64,000 nucleotides of DNA, from the NCBI GenBank assembly GCA_964479535.1, contig CAYZMM010000001.1, positions 327,902 through 391,901 of the forward strand, given 5' to 3'. Under the pieces are notes generated by a model. The model was given only the letters and a program-made list of their open reading frames with translations, had not been told where the DNA came from and did not search any database. Both the position numbers and the translations under genes were made by a program. This DNA is from an uncultured Thermodesulfobacteriota bacterium (GTDB lineage: Bacteria; Desulfobacterota; DSWW01). Position 1 is the stretch's first letter, and every line of letters starts with the position of its first letter. This document shows, in pieces, positions 8,346-17,237 of this stretch.

Positions 8346-10532
8346 TCAACGGCAGGAAAGCCTGTGGAGTCCCGCCTTCGCTTCTTCGTGCTCGGGCAGG
8401 AAGAGCAGCACCCGCTCGAGCCTCTGCTTCGCCTCGTCGAACCGTTCCCGTTCCGCGAGAAGCCGGGACGAAGCAAGGAGCAGGTCCACGTTCGCAGGGT
8501 GTGTGGACAGGCACCGGTCGATGACCGCGGACGCCCTCTCCTTCTGCTCCGCCGTAGCGGCGAGTTCGACGAGTTTTCCGGTCACGCTCGGGTCCGCACC
8601 GTTTCGAAGGAGGAGGGCTTCGCATAGCCGGAAGGCCTCGGAACGATTTCCTCCGGCTTCCAGACGGTCCGCCTCGGCGTACAGGAGGTCCCGCCTCCTT
8701 ACTCCCCGCACCAGATATTGAAAGACGAAGAACTCTCTGAGATCCTCCGGGCCGAGATCGTGAACCGTGATGCGCCCCAGCCGCAGGTCGGTGGTCCCTT
8801 CTTCCGGGAGTTCGGGGCATCTCCGGTCCACGTTCGCGCGAAACTCTGCGACCTCGAGACCACAGGATGCGAGGAGCCGCTCGATCTCCGACCATGTGAA
8901 GAACCTCACGTGATCGCGGTCCAGGAGCCCCTCGTCCTGGTAGGTCCAGTGTCCCTCGGCCAGGTGCTGCACGACCCCCCAGAACCGGACGTTCGGAATG
9001 CTCATGACCACGGAGCCGCACGGCTTCAGCCAGTTCAGGTACCGCTCCAGGACGGCCTTCGGGTCGCGAAGGTGCTCCAGCACGTCCGCGAATACGAGTA
9101 CGTCGAAGGTTCCCCTGTCCACAGGGGGCACCCACTCCCGGGCGTCCGCCTGGAAGACGCGATCCAGCCACCGTTTCGCTTCCTCACAGGCGTCGGGCTG
9201 GATCTCGACGCCCCAGATTTCCCCTGCCCGGAGATCCGCCCGGCCCTTCAGAAGGCGACCCAAGTGTCCCCCGCCGCACCCGATGTCCAGGATCCGCTTC
9301 GACCCCTCCGGGATCAGCGCCTCCAGTTCGGCCCGCTCTTGCTTGTAGTAGTCGGGAAGCCGCACCTGCGTCGTGTCACGGCCTGCGTCCTCCGGACCCG
9401 TCGCAACCAAGTCCCGCGAAGCCGTCCTCTGAACGCCTCCTCTCCGACGGCCCCCCTTCGCCTCGAGGCCCTGGATCGCGTCCAGGATCTTCTCTGCCCG
9501 GTGCCGGTAGGTGTGCCCCGCCAGCACTTCCCGCCGGCCCGCCGCTGCGATGGCCTCCCTCTCCTCCGGGTGCGTTGCCGCTTCGAGCACGGCGTTCCAA
9601 CGCTCGATGAACCTCCCCATGGGGAAGCGGTCGAGCGCGCATTCCCTCGATCTTCGGCCGATCCGGGTTGCCAGGGGCCGATCCTGCAGGAGCGTCTCCA
9701 GCCTGGCACGGAGCTCTGTTTCGTCTTGGCCCAGGTAACCGTTCCCCCCGTCCTCGATGGGGGAGGTTCGGTTGGCGATGGATACGACGGGCATCCCCGT
9801 TGCCATCGCCTCGAGCATGGCCAGGTTGTACCCGTCTTCGTAGGGCTCGAGGGTGGTGTTCAGATACGTTCGGTGACGCCGAAGGAATCCTCGGTACGCA
9901 TCCCAGTCGCCGGGTATCGTTGCCTGGGGAAGAGCCGCATTCAGACCGAGGATCGTAGACGGAAGCCCCCTGGTCACCCTCTCCTGTACCGAATGTCCGA
10001 GCATGATGTCCCGCTCTTTCAGCCCGTTTCCGACCCGCAGGATGGAAGCCTCTTCGCCGGAATACCCGTGGTAATCTTCCGGATCGATGCCGGGGAGGAT
10101 GACCTCACCGTGAAAGCCCCAGTCCCGCATCTTCCCCGGTGAAATGAAGACAAGGGTCAGGTTTCTCATCTTCTCGAACAGCACGGCCACCTGCCCGAGG
10201 TACTCGTTTCTGTCCACCGGTGCCGTGTTGAGCGCGATTTCCGTGGACAGCTTGTTGTGGAAAACCAGAATCTTGGGCGTCTCCGCATCCCGGACGGACA
10301 ACAGGTCTTGCAGGTTGTGGGCGACAATCCGGTCGTACTTTCCGGCGCCGAGCCCTTCCCTTCCCTCCTCCTCGCTGATGAGCCGGCAGTTGGTGGGAAC
10401 GGGCCGGATGGCACGAATCCAGCCCCGGATGCCCGCCTTCTCTCTCTCCACCACTTCAAAGTGATGGCCGGTCTTGGCCATCATGTGGATATAGGACTCG
10501 TGCCAGTTGAATGTAAGAACCCTCAGCGGCAT
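8346..10532 (-). CDS. tri-domain protein: GT4/GT1-type glycosyltransferase + class I SAM-dependent methyltransferase + C-terminal TPR repeats
   Basis: TLEPYEDGYNLAMLEAMATGMPVVS (GT4 E-x7-E region); ILDIGCGGGHLG (MTase motif I); C-terminal TPR-like helical repeats. 728 aa. Confidence 0.75.
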   Translation of the reverse strand: MPLRVLTFNWHESYIHMMAKTGHHFEVVEREKAGIRGWIRAIRPVPTNCRLISEEEGREGLGAGKYDRIVAHNLQDLLSVRDAETPKILVFHNKLSTEIALNTAPVDRNEYLGQVAVLFEKMRNLTLVFISPGKMRDWGFHGEVILPGIDPEDYHGYSGEEASILRVGNGLKERDIMLGHSVQERVTRGLPSTILGLNAALPQATIPGDWDAYRGFLRRHRTYLNTTLEPYEDGYNLAMLEAMATGMPVVSIANRTSPIEDGGNGYLGQDETELRARLETLLQDRPLATRIGRRSRECALDRFPMGRFIERWNAVLEAATHPEEREAIAAAGRREVLAGHTYRHRAEKILDAIQGLEAKGGRRRGGVQRTASRDLVATGPEDAGRDTTQVRLPDYYKQERAELEALIPEGSKRILDIGCGGGHLGRLLKGRADLRAGEIWGVEIQPDACEEAKRWLDRVFQADAREWVPPVDRGTFDVLVFADVLEHLRDPKAVLERYLNWLKPCGSVVMSIPNVRFWGVVQHLAEGHWTYQDEGLLDRDHVRFFTWSEIERLLASCGLEVAEFRANVDRRCPELPEEGTTDLRLGRITVHDLGPEDLREFFVFQYLVRGVRRRDLLYAEADRLEAGGNRSEAFRLCEALLLRNGADPSVTGKLVELAATAEQKERASAVIDRCLSTHPANVDLLLASSRLLAERERFDEAKQRLERVLLFLPEHEEAKAGLHRLSCR

Positions 10533-10578
10533 CCGCCGGTCCTCCTCGAGGGGAGTACGAATGTTCCCGTGATGAACA

Positions 10579-10593
10579 GCAAATCCTGTACCA
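10579..10593 (-). promoter_or_regulatory. sigma-54 promoter (revcomp TGGTACAGGATTTGC) upstream of the GT-MTase-TPR gene
   Basis: In the 64-bp gap after the fliT-like gene. Same extended motif as 8072..8094. Confidence 0.5.
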
Positions 10594-10596
10594 GGA

Positions 10597-10983
10597 TCAG
10601 ACGTGCCTCGAAACGCGTCCGGGCGGGGGTGTACGGTCGGACAGGCGGCTGCGCAGGAGTTTCTTCAGGGAGCGGACGGTCTTCAATTTGTCATTCGCTT
10701 CAGCCAGTTCCACCAAGAGAAGACATCCCAGTTCCCTGTCGAGTCGGTTGATCTTCGCGAGGATGGCCCGGGTGGGCCTGTGCCCCTTGTCAAGGGATTG
10801 AATGCCCTCCAGCAGTTCTTGACGCTTCTGCTGCAACGCCTGCACCGCTTCCAGGTCGCCCCGGGCCAGGCATGCGCGTTGCTCTTCCGCGATCTCCAGG
10901 ACTCCGGTGAGTGTTTCGCCGGCCTCGTCGAACCCGGTGGGACGCTTCACGGCGAGACCCCGTTCTCCACAAGGCTGTCCCAA
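10597..10983 (-). CDS. flagellar export chaperone-like protein (FliT/FlgN-like coiled-coil)
   Basis: Position downstream of fliS as in B. subtilis fliD-fliS-fliT. LEIAEEQRACLARGDLEAVQALQQKRQELLEGIQSL heptad pattern. Confidence 0.4.
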   Translation of the reverse strand: MGQPCGERGLAVKRPTGFDEAGETLTGVLEIAEEQRACLARGDLEAVQALQQKRQELLEGIQSLDKGHRPTRAILAKINRLDRELGCLLLVELAEANDKLKTVRSLKKLLRSRLSDRTPPPGRVSRHV

Positions 10984-11327
10984 CCCTCTTTCAATTCGCG
11001 CAGGACCCGCAAGGCCCCGTCCATCATGTCCGGATCCCGCCGAAGGTTCGCCTGGGTGAACGTGTGGATCACGTATCGATACAGGATCTCCAAACGTTCG
11101 GCGATTTCTCCGCCCCGCTCCGTGTCAAGGGAGTCCAGAAGCTCGGTAACGATGGCGGTCGCCTTGCTCAGGTAGATCCCTTTCTCGGCGAAGTTGCCCT
11201 TCCTCATTTCCTCCTGCGCACGTGAAGCGTTCGCAATGCAACCCTCGTAGCACATCACCACGATGCGAACCCGGTCCGCCGTGGTCACGTTCGTCTTCTG
11301 ATACCCCCTTGCCACGTTCAACTGCAT
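10947..11327 (-). CDS. fliS: flagellar export chaperone FliS
   Basis: IVVMCYEGCIANASRA...KATAIVTELLDSLDTERGGEIAERLEILYRYV typical FliS. Confidence 0.85.
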   Translation of the reverse strand: MQLNVARGYQKTNVTTADRVRIVVMCYEGCIANASRAQEEMRKGNFAEKGIYLSKATAIVTELLDSLDTERGGEIAERLEILYRYVIHTFTQANLRRDPDMMDGALRVLRELKEGWDSLVENGVSP

Positions 11328-11354
11328 GGGTTCTCCTCCCTATCGATAATCCCA

Positions 11355-12719
11355 TCAGGAATACAAAGCAGACAGGTTGGTGGACTGAACGGAAGCAATC
11401 AGATTCTCCAGGGCCGCAAAACGAGCCCTCAGTCGTTCCTCCATGCGTTCCAGAGCCGCCTCCTCCGCTTCGATCTTCGCGTTCAGCACCCGGACCCGGT
11501 CCTGCAGCCCGTCCATCCGTATAGCGAGATCTCCGTCGCCGGATCGGGTGGCGACACTGGCGAGCTGATAGAACTGTTCGGCAACCCCTTCGGTCGCGTC
11601 GCCCTTCACGAACAGGTTCGTCACGCCTTCCAGGTCCGCGTCGAGGGCGTCCTGAAGCCCGGCCACATCCAGCGACAGCGTCCCGTCACGATTCGTCGAA
11701 ATTCCGATCTGAGAAAGTGCCCGCATATCCGACGGGAGCCCGTCCACGCTCGTGGAGACGATCCCGCTCATGCGGCGCTCGATCGATCGAACCGTGCCTT
11801 CCGCAAAGAGCGGGTCTGCCTCGTTCTCTTCCGTGTCGTAGTTGCTCCGGTCGGATATGAAGTTGATCACGTCGTTGTAGCTGTCCACCAGTGCCTGGAT
11901 GTCCTCCTGGATCGCGTCCCGGTCCTCGCTTACCTGGAGCGTCACGGTTGTTGCAGGATCCGCCTTGTGAAGCGAAACGCTGACACCGGGGATCAGGTCC
12001 GATACGGTGTTGCTCGACCGGGAAACGGTGAGACCGTCCAGGACGATTTCCGCATCCTGGGGGGTCTGGAGGTGCAGTTCCGAGGAAAAAGTGCTGTCGT
12101 TCACCGGAAAGCCCAGGTCTGTGCCGTCCTGGGTGACGATGATCTTGTTGTCTGCGCCGGTCTCGTCACTCGAGAGAACGAGCTGATAAGGGTCCGTGTC
12201 GGATCCGTCGTTGACGATCACGGCGTGAATCCCGGCATCCAAGTCGTTGATGGCATTCTTGAATTCCGTCAGCGTCGTCGTGGCGTCCACGGCAACCGTG
12301 TACTCCGTTCCGGTGTCACCCACCTTGAAGGTGAAGGAACCATTGCCCGAAGCGACCGTGGCATCCGCTGCTGAGAGCCCCACCCCCGCTTTGAGCTTGT
12401 GTGCCAGGGCAAGCTGGTTGACCGTCATGCTGTAATTGCCGGTGGTGGCCGAAGAGGAAACGTTTGTAGTGACGATCGTCTCGTCGCTCACGGTCGTTTC
12501 CTTGCCGCCGAAGCTTGTGGACAGGCGCAGCGCATCCGCGGCCGACTCGAGTCCTTCCAGCTTGCTCGAGAGATCGCTGAAGGCGGCGTTCTTCGCTTCG
12601 TAGGTGCTCTTCTGCCTTTCCAGACGATTGACGGAGATTCGCTCCACCTGGAGCAGTTGCTGGATCAGGTTCTCGTAGTCGATGCCCGACGATACCCCGG
12701 AAACGGTCAGGGTTGCCAT
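11355..12719 (-). CDS. fliD: flagellar filament cap protein FliD (HAP2)
   Basis: N-terminal GVSSGIDYENLIQQLLQVERISVNRLERQKSTYEAKNAAFSDLSSKL and C-terminal coiled-coil. 454 aa. Confidence 0.9.
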   Translation of the reverse strand: MATLTVSGVSSGIDYENLIQQLLQVERISVNRLERQKSTYEAKNAAFSDLSSKLEGLESAADALRLSTSFGGKETTVSDETIVTTNVSSSATTGNYSMTVNQLALAHKLKAGVGLSAADATVASGNGSFTFKVGDTGTEYTVAVDATTTLTEFKNAINDLDAGIHAVIVNDGSDTDPYQLVLSSDETGADNKIIVTQDGTDLGFPVNDSTFSSELHLQTPQDAEIVLDGLTVSRSSNTVSDLIPGVSVSLHKADPATTVTLQVSEDRDAIQEDIQALVDSYNDVINFISDRSNYDTEENEADPLFAEGTVRSIERRMSGIVSTSVDGLPSDMRALSQIGISTNRDGTLSLDVAGLQDALDADLEGVTNLFVKGDATEGVAEQFYQLASVATRSGDGDLAIRMDGLQDRVRVLNAKIEAEEAALERMEERLRARFAALENLIASVQSTNLSALYS

Positions 12720-12958
12720 GAACAGCTCCTCCTTTCCGCAGGATCAGGGGACCCGGTGATGCGCTGGCAAGAGAAGACCGATCCGGATGAGGATGGGCGT
12801 GAGCCCCTTCCCCACCGGATCGGCCGGTCATGCGAACGACTCGGAGAGCCGTCATGGAGTTCCCTATGGCTGATTCGCTGTCGCATCCGCATTCTGTATC
12901 CGCACCTTCGTTCGACCTTCACGCCTCAGGGAACACGAATGAGTGGTTGCGTTCTCCC

Positions 12959-13801
12959 CTAGGACAACAGGGTCAAGGCCGACTGAGGCAGAATGTTCGC
13001 CTGGGCCAGCACCGCCGTACCCGCCTGCACGAGGATCTGGTTCTTCACGTAGATGGCGGTCTCCGCGGCGAAATCTGCATCCTCGATCCGCGAATTTGCG
13101 GCAGAGAAGTTCTCTGAAGCGGCGGCGAGGTTGGAAATCGTGTACTCCAGCCGGTTCTGAACCGCACCGATGTCGCCCCGTCGATCGGAGAGCACCGCGA
13201 TGGCGCTCGCGTCGATCACCGAAAGGGCCGACTGGGCAAGGGCCGCCGTGCTGATGCTGTCCGCACCGGTCGTGTTGAGACCCAGAGCAGCCGCGTCCGT
13301 GTCTTGTATGGAAACACTCAAACGGTCGTTGGCGGTGTTCTGGAATCCGACCTGGAAATTGACACCCGAACCGGAGATCGTCCCGTCCAGGAGTTTCTTG
13401 CCCGCAAACTCGGTCACGTCCGAGATCCGGTTGATCTCGCTCTTGAGGGCCAGATACTCGTCGTTCAGGTATCCGCGTTCGGTATCTCCGAGCACTTCGT
13501 TGGCGGCCTGTTCGGCCAGTTCCCGCATCCTCACGGTGATGTTGCTCATCTCGCCCAGCCCGCTTTCAGCGGTCTGCAGCAAGCTGACAGCATCGTTCGC
13601 GTTCCGCGATGCCTGGTTGATACTGCGAATCTGGGCCTTCAGGGTCGTCGAGAGGGCCAGGCCCGCAGCGTCATCCGCAGCACGGTTGATCCGCAGACCG
13701 GTCGAGAGCCGCTCGATCGATTTGGTCAGGGTGTTGTTCGTGTTGTTCAGGTTCTTCTGTGCAATCAATGATGCGATGTTCGTGTTGACGGTCAATGCCA
13801 T
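12959..13801 (-). CDS. fliC: flagellin (short, 280 aa, no hypervariable central domain)
   Basis: MALTVNTNIASLIAQKNLN...LSTGLRINRAADDAAGLA N-terminus and ...LAQANILPQSALTLLS C-terminus. Confidence 0.95.
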   Translation of the reverse strand: MALTVNTNIASLIAQKNLNNTNNTLTKSIERLSTGLRINRAADDAAGLALSTTLKAQIRSINQASRNANDAVSLLQTAESGLGEMSNITVRMRELAEQAANEVLGDTERGYLNDEYLALKSEINRISDVTEFAGKKLLDGTISGSGVNFQVGFQNTANDRLSVSIQDTDAAALGLNTTGADSISTAALAQSALSVIDASAIAVLSDRRGDIGAVQNRLEYTISNLAAASENFSAANSRIEDADFAAETAIYVKNQILVQAGTAVLAQANILPQSALTLLS

Positions 13802-13960
13802 GGTTCCATCCTCCTTGATGGTGTGTTGAGTTGCTTCCTTGCCTTGCTGCGTGGCGATCCGGCATCGGGCTCATAAACGGTCACGTACGATCCTCCTTTC
13901 CTGCCCAGGCTTTTGCCGGCATCACCCGGTCCGAACGAATACAAAGATCGTCATTCCTAT
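13802..13960 (-). promoter_or_regulatory. fliC 5' leader with multiple GGA motifs (putative CsrA binding sites, one overlapping the SD)
   Basis: Leader (minus strand) contains CAGGAAAGGAGGA, GCAAGGCAAGGAAGCA and CAAGGAGGATGG immediately 5' of ATG. csrA and fliW lie directly upstream. Confidence 0.5.
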
Positions 13961-13987
13961 CTATCGGTTCGTGACGGGAAAACTTTA
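13961..13987 (-). promoter_or_regulatory. sigma-28 (FliA) promoter of flagellin: TAAAGTTT-N11-ACCGATAG
   Basis: Revcomp of 13961..13987 = TAAAGTTTTCCCGTCACGAACCGATAG; matches TAAAGTTT-N11-GCCGATAA. Confidence 0.7.
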
Positions 13988-14016
13988 GGGGGAAAGCATT
14001 GAGAGCAAGAGGCTTT

Positions 14017-14454
14017 TCAGGGGGCCTTCAGAGGAATCTGCACGGTAGGGTGCTCCGAGTCCGTGATCACCTGGACGCCCTTTCGGGTCACCGGATCGAG
14101 CAGCAGCGGCGCCTGAACGTGTACGTGGAGGCTCCGGGTCGAACGATCTACTTGCAGAATCGTCAGGATCTCGAGCTCGCTCAGGTCCGGGCCGCTGGAG
14201 GAGGCACCGGTCGGGTGTGATTCCCACAACTTCAGTTCGAAAGAGGGGAGATAGGTCTTCGGCTCGGACACGAGGAAGGCCGTTTCCGGGTCATCCACGG
14301 CCTGGAGCCACTGGACGGTGTCCCCTTTTACGCTGTCCAGACGGGCGTATCGCTTCAGGTGTTCGAGACCGATCAACCCCCTTGGAAAGGAGAAGATCCT
14401 TTCCTCGGGAACATCGATCTTGCCGAACCGGGATGTTTCGATTTCAACGCTCAT
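14017..14454 (-). CDS. fliW: flagellar assembly factor FliW
   Basis: SRFGKIDVPEERIFSFPRGLIGLE...AFLVSEP typical FliW; adjacent to csrA. Confidence 0.85.
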   Translation of the reverse strand: MSVEIETSRFGKIDVPEERIFSFPRGLIGLEHLKRYARLDSVKGDTVQWLQAVDDPETAFLVSEPKTYLPSFELKLWESHPTGASSSGPDLSELEILTILQVDRSTRSLHVHVQAPLLLDPVTRKGVQVITDSEHPTVQIPLKAP

Positions 14455-14660
14455 AGGGACTCGACATCTTCGCTCTTGGACCGGGATGCCTGCAGGTTGA
14501 GCTTTCGGATCCGGTCGTAAAGCTCGTCTCGGTAGATTCCCTTTTCCTCCGGGGCCTTGACCCCGATCCGCACCTGCCCGTCTCGAACCTCCAGGACCTG
14601 AATCCGGATGTCATCCCCGATCCAGAGCCCCTCTCCCGACTTCCTTGTCAGAACGAGCAT
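14451..14660 (-). CDS. csrA: carbon storage regulator CsrA
   Basis: MLVLTRKSGEGLWIGDDIRIQVLEVRDGQVRIGVKAPEEKGIYRDELY. Confidence 0.9.
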   Translation of the reverse strand: MLVLTRKSGEGLWIGDDIRIQVLEVRDGQVRIGVKAPEEKGIYRDELYDRIRKLNLQASRSKSEDVESL

Positions 14661-14692
14661 CGCCTTCCCTGGCCGACAGACGGTTTCTCTAC

Positions 14693-15583
14693 TTACAGGA
14701 TCCCGATGGTCTGGAAGATCCTCTGGGTGGAAAGCACAGAGGCCTCGAGCACGGTCTGGTAATAGGTCAACGCGGAGGCCGCCTGGATCAGGTCGAGGTC
14801 TTCTTCATCGGAAACCAGCGTCTCCAGGGTGACCCAGGTCTCCTCCATACGCGCCTGGGTCTGGTCGAGCCGGTTGACACGGCCCCCGATTTCCGCTCTG
14901 TGTTTTCCGATCTGGACGATCGATCGGTCCAGATCGTCGAGCGTGGCCTGCACCCCGTCCGTGTCCCCTGCCGCCAGGGCGGTCTCCAGGTCCCGGAGCA
15001 CCGAAAAGGTGTCCACGTCTCCCTGGAAGACCCTTGCTCCGGACAGACCGACCGTGACCGACTCTCCTGCGGCGATCTCGACCTTGTACTCGCCGTCATC
15101 GCCCTGGTAAAGGCCTTCCTCGGTGAATGCGGCTGTATCGCTCTTGTAGCCCGAGAAGAGGTATCGGGCTCCCTCGATTCCTCCCCCCGAATACCGGGCA
15201 TTCGACAGGGAGACGAGCTGGTCATAGAGTCCGCCCGCCTCTTCGGTCAGGCCTGCAAGGGTGTCCGCGTCCAGGCCTCCCGACGCGCCTTGCATGGCGA
15301 GTTCCTTCGCCCGTGTAAGGATGTTCGCCGCCGTGTCCAGCGTGGATTCCGCCTCGGCCAGATAGCCGCGGCTCGAGGATATGTTCCGCTCGTATTGCAG
15401 CATCTCACTCTGCACGCTCTTGTAGCCCATCACCCTGCTGAAGGCGGCCGGGTCGTCTCCGGGCCTCTCGAGTTTCTTGCCCGACGCGACCCCCTGCTGC
15501 GCATCATACACCTCCTTCAGGTTCTCCATCAAACGGCGGTTCGCCGAGTGGTAGAGCCCTGTGGTGGAAACCCGCATTCCCAT
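14693..15583 (-). CDS. flgL: flagellar hook-associated protein FlgL (HAP3)
   Basis: MGMRVSTTGLYHSANRRLMEN...QGVASGKKLERPGDDPAAF flagellin-like N-terminus; position after flgK. Confidence 0.85.
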   Translation of the reverse strand: MGMRVSTTGLYHSANRRLMENLKEVYDAQQGVASGKKLERPGDDPAAFSRVMGYKSVQSEMLQYERNISSSRGYLAEAESTLDTAANILTRAKELAMQGASGGLDADTLAGLTEEAGGLYDQLVSLSNARYSGGGIEGARYLFSGYKSDTAAFTEEGLYQGDDGEYKVEIAAGESVTVGLSGARVFQGDVDTFSVLRDLETALAAGDTDGVQATLDDLDRSIVQIGKHRAEIGGRVNRLDQTQARMEETWVTLETLVSDEEDLDLIQAASALTYYQTVLEASVLSTQRIFQTIGIL

Positions 15584-15596
15584 CGGAACCTCCCGG

Positions 15597-17237
15597 CTAC
15601 AGCTGAATCAAGGTGTCCATCAGGTCTTCTACGACGGTCATGAACTTCGCGGCCGCCTGATACGCGTGCTGGTACGCGAGGAGTCGGAGTTCTTCCTCCT
15701 CCAGGGAAACACCCGATACGCTGTTTCGATAGTCCACGGCCGATTCATAGACCGCTTCCCCGGCCTCCGCCTTGCGGGTCGCGGTCTGAAGGTCGGTCCC
15801 GACTCGTCCCACGAGGGACTGATAGAAACCCCCGAAGGTCGTCGCGCCGCCGTCCACGACCGTCTCGCTCCTCAGGCTCGCCAGGGCCAGAGCATTCCGG
15901 TTGTCCCCGGGCAGAGCGTCCGGATCCTGTGCAGCCGCGATCCGGTTCGTGTCCTGGATGTTCACCCTCATGTCGCGAGCCGCGTCCTCGGTCACGCTCA
16001 CGCGGAAGGTATCGCCCGCCACCGGCGGGCCCGTCAGATTCGAAAGGGCGACCCGGATCCCCTCGAACGCGATGTCCGCCCCCGACGCGTAGGCGCCGCC
16101 ACCTGAGACCGAACCCCGGGTCGTGTTGATGATTTCGTAGTTGCTTCCATCGGTGAAACGGATTTCGTACTCGTCGAGGGTCAGCAGGGAGGGGTCGATG
16201 ATCTGCTGGAGGGTGACCTCCGCGCCTCCCTGGTTCGTCGAGAGAGAGACCACCTTCGCTTCCAGGGGGGCGAAGAATTCAAGGCCGGCATTCCCGTCCA
16301 GGTCGTATCCCCCGGCGTGGACTCCATTGAACTCCCGGACCAGCTCCGCTGCGAGCCGATCGAGATCCGCCTGATACGCCACCATGTCCGCACGACTCTC
16401 CACCACACCCTTCATCCTGCCTCCCCGCAGCGAATCGGTGATGTCCGTGCCCCGGAGGGACAGACGGTAGAATCCGTGGTCGTCCGGATCCTCGATCAGC
16501 TCCAGGGGAAAGCTGGATGTGCCGTCCACGAGAGGCTGGCCGCCCGAGACGAGGACCGTCGTCATCCCCCCCGGATTCTCGATGGCCGTCACATCCAGGT
16601 AGCCCGACAGCTCTTCGATCAGGGCGTCCCGCTCGTCGAGCAGCGTGTTCGGGGAGGCCCCCTGGTTCTCCACGCGCCCGATTTCCTTGTTCAGCAGGGC
16701 GATTTCCGAGGCGAGTCGGTTCACTTCGTCTCGGTGTTCCTCGAGCAGGTTGTTCGTCTGCCGGATCTCCTCTTCCAGGGAACCGTGCAGGTGATTCAGA
16801 TTCGAGGCGAGTTCCTCGGCCCGGGTCAGAACGACCTGACGCTCGACCGCACCGTCCGGGTTGTTGGCGAGGTCCTGCAATGCATTGAAGAATTCGTCCA
16901 TCAGGGTGCCGAGGTTGCTTTCCTCCGAGGGGTACAGGATCGACTCGAGGCGCGTGTAGGTCTTCTCGCGCAGCTGGTAGTCGCTCATTTCCGACTTTGC
17001 GCTGATGACCTGGCGTCCCAGAAAGGCGTCGTAGACCCGTTCGGCCCCCTCGATGGCTACACCCGATCCGCGTATGTACGCCCCGATGGAAATCGGTTCC
17101 TGAGCGGTCTGCACCGCACGCTGACGCGTATAGCCGGGCGTGTTCACGTTTGCGATATTGTTCGCCGTGACGTCCAGCCCGTACTGGGCGGTCATTAGGG
17201 CGGAACGGCCGATATCGAGGAGGTGGCTGATCGTCAT
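15597..17237 (-). CDS. flgK: flagellar hook-associated protein FlgK (HAP1)
   Basis: MTISHLLDIGRSALMTAQYGLDVTANNIANVNTPGYTRQ; 546 aa. Confidence 0.9.
   Translation of the reverse strand: MTISHLLDIGRSALMTAQYGLDVTANNIANVNTPGYTRQRAVQTAQEPISIGAYIRGSGVAIEGAERVYDAFLGRQVISAKSEMSDYQLREKTYTRLESILYPSEESNLGTLMDEFFNALQDLANNPDGAVERQVVLTRAEELASNLNHLHGSLEEEIRQTNNLLEEHRDEVNRLASEIALLNKEIGRVENQGASPNTLLDERDALIEELSGYLDVTAIENPGGMTTVLVSGGQPLVDGTSSFPLELIEDPDDHGFYRLSLRGTDITDSLRGGRMKGVVESRADMVAYQADLDRLAAELVREFNGVHAGGYDLDGNAGLEFFAPLEAKVVSLSTNQGGAEVTLQQIIDPSLLTLDEYEIRFTDGSNYEIINTTRGSVSGGGAYASGADIAFEGIRVALSNLTGPPVAGDTFRVSVTEDAARDMRVNIQDTNRIAAAQDPDALPGDNRNALALASLRSETVVDGGATTFGGFYQSLVGRVGTDLQTATRKAEAGEAVYESAVDYRNSVSGVSLEEEELRLLAYQHAYQAAAKFMTVVEDLMDTLIQL

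Noticed and set aside
6575-8476. Full 633-aa ORF-track model for the second GT9 gene
   Set aside because: First ~165 codons encode low-complexity sequence (GNGSTRRSRGSSGCCSSC...) upstream of the conserved GT9 N-terminus; a TTG with SD at 7980 and a sigma-54 promoter at 8080-8094 fit a shorter gene.
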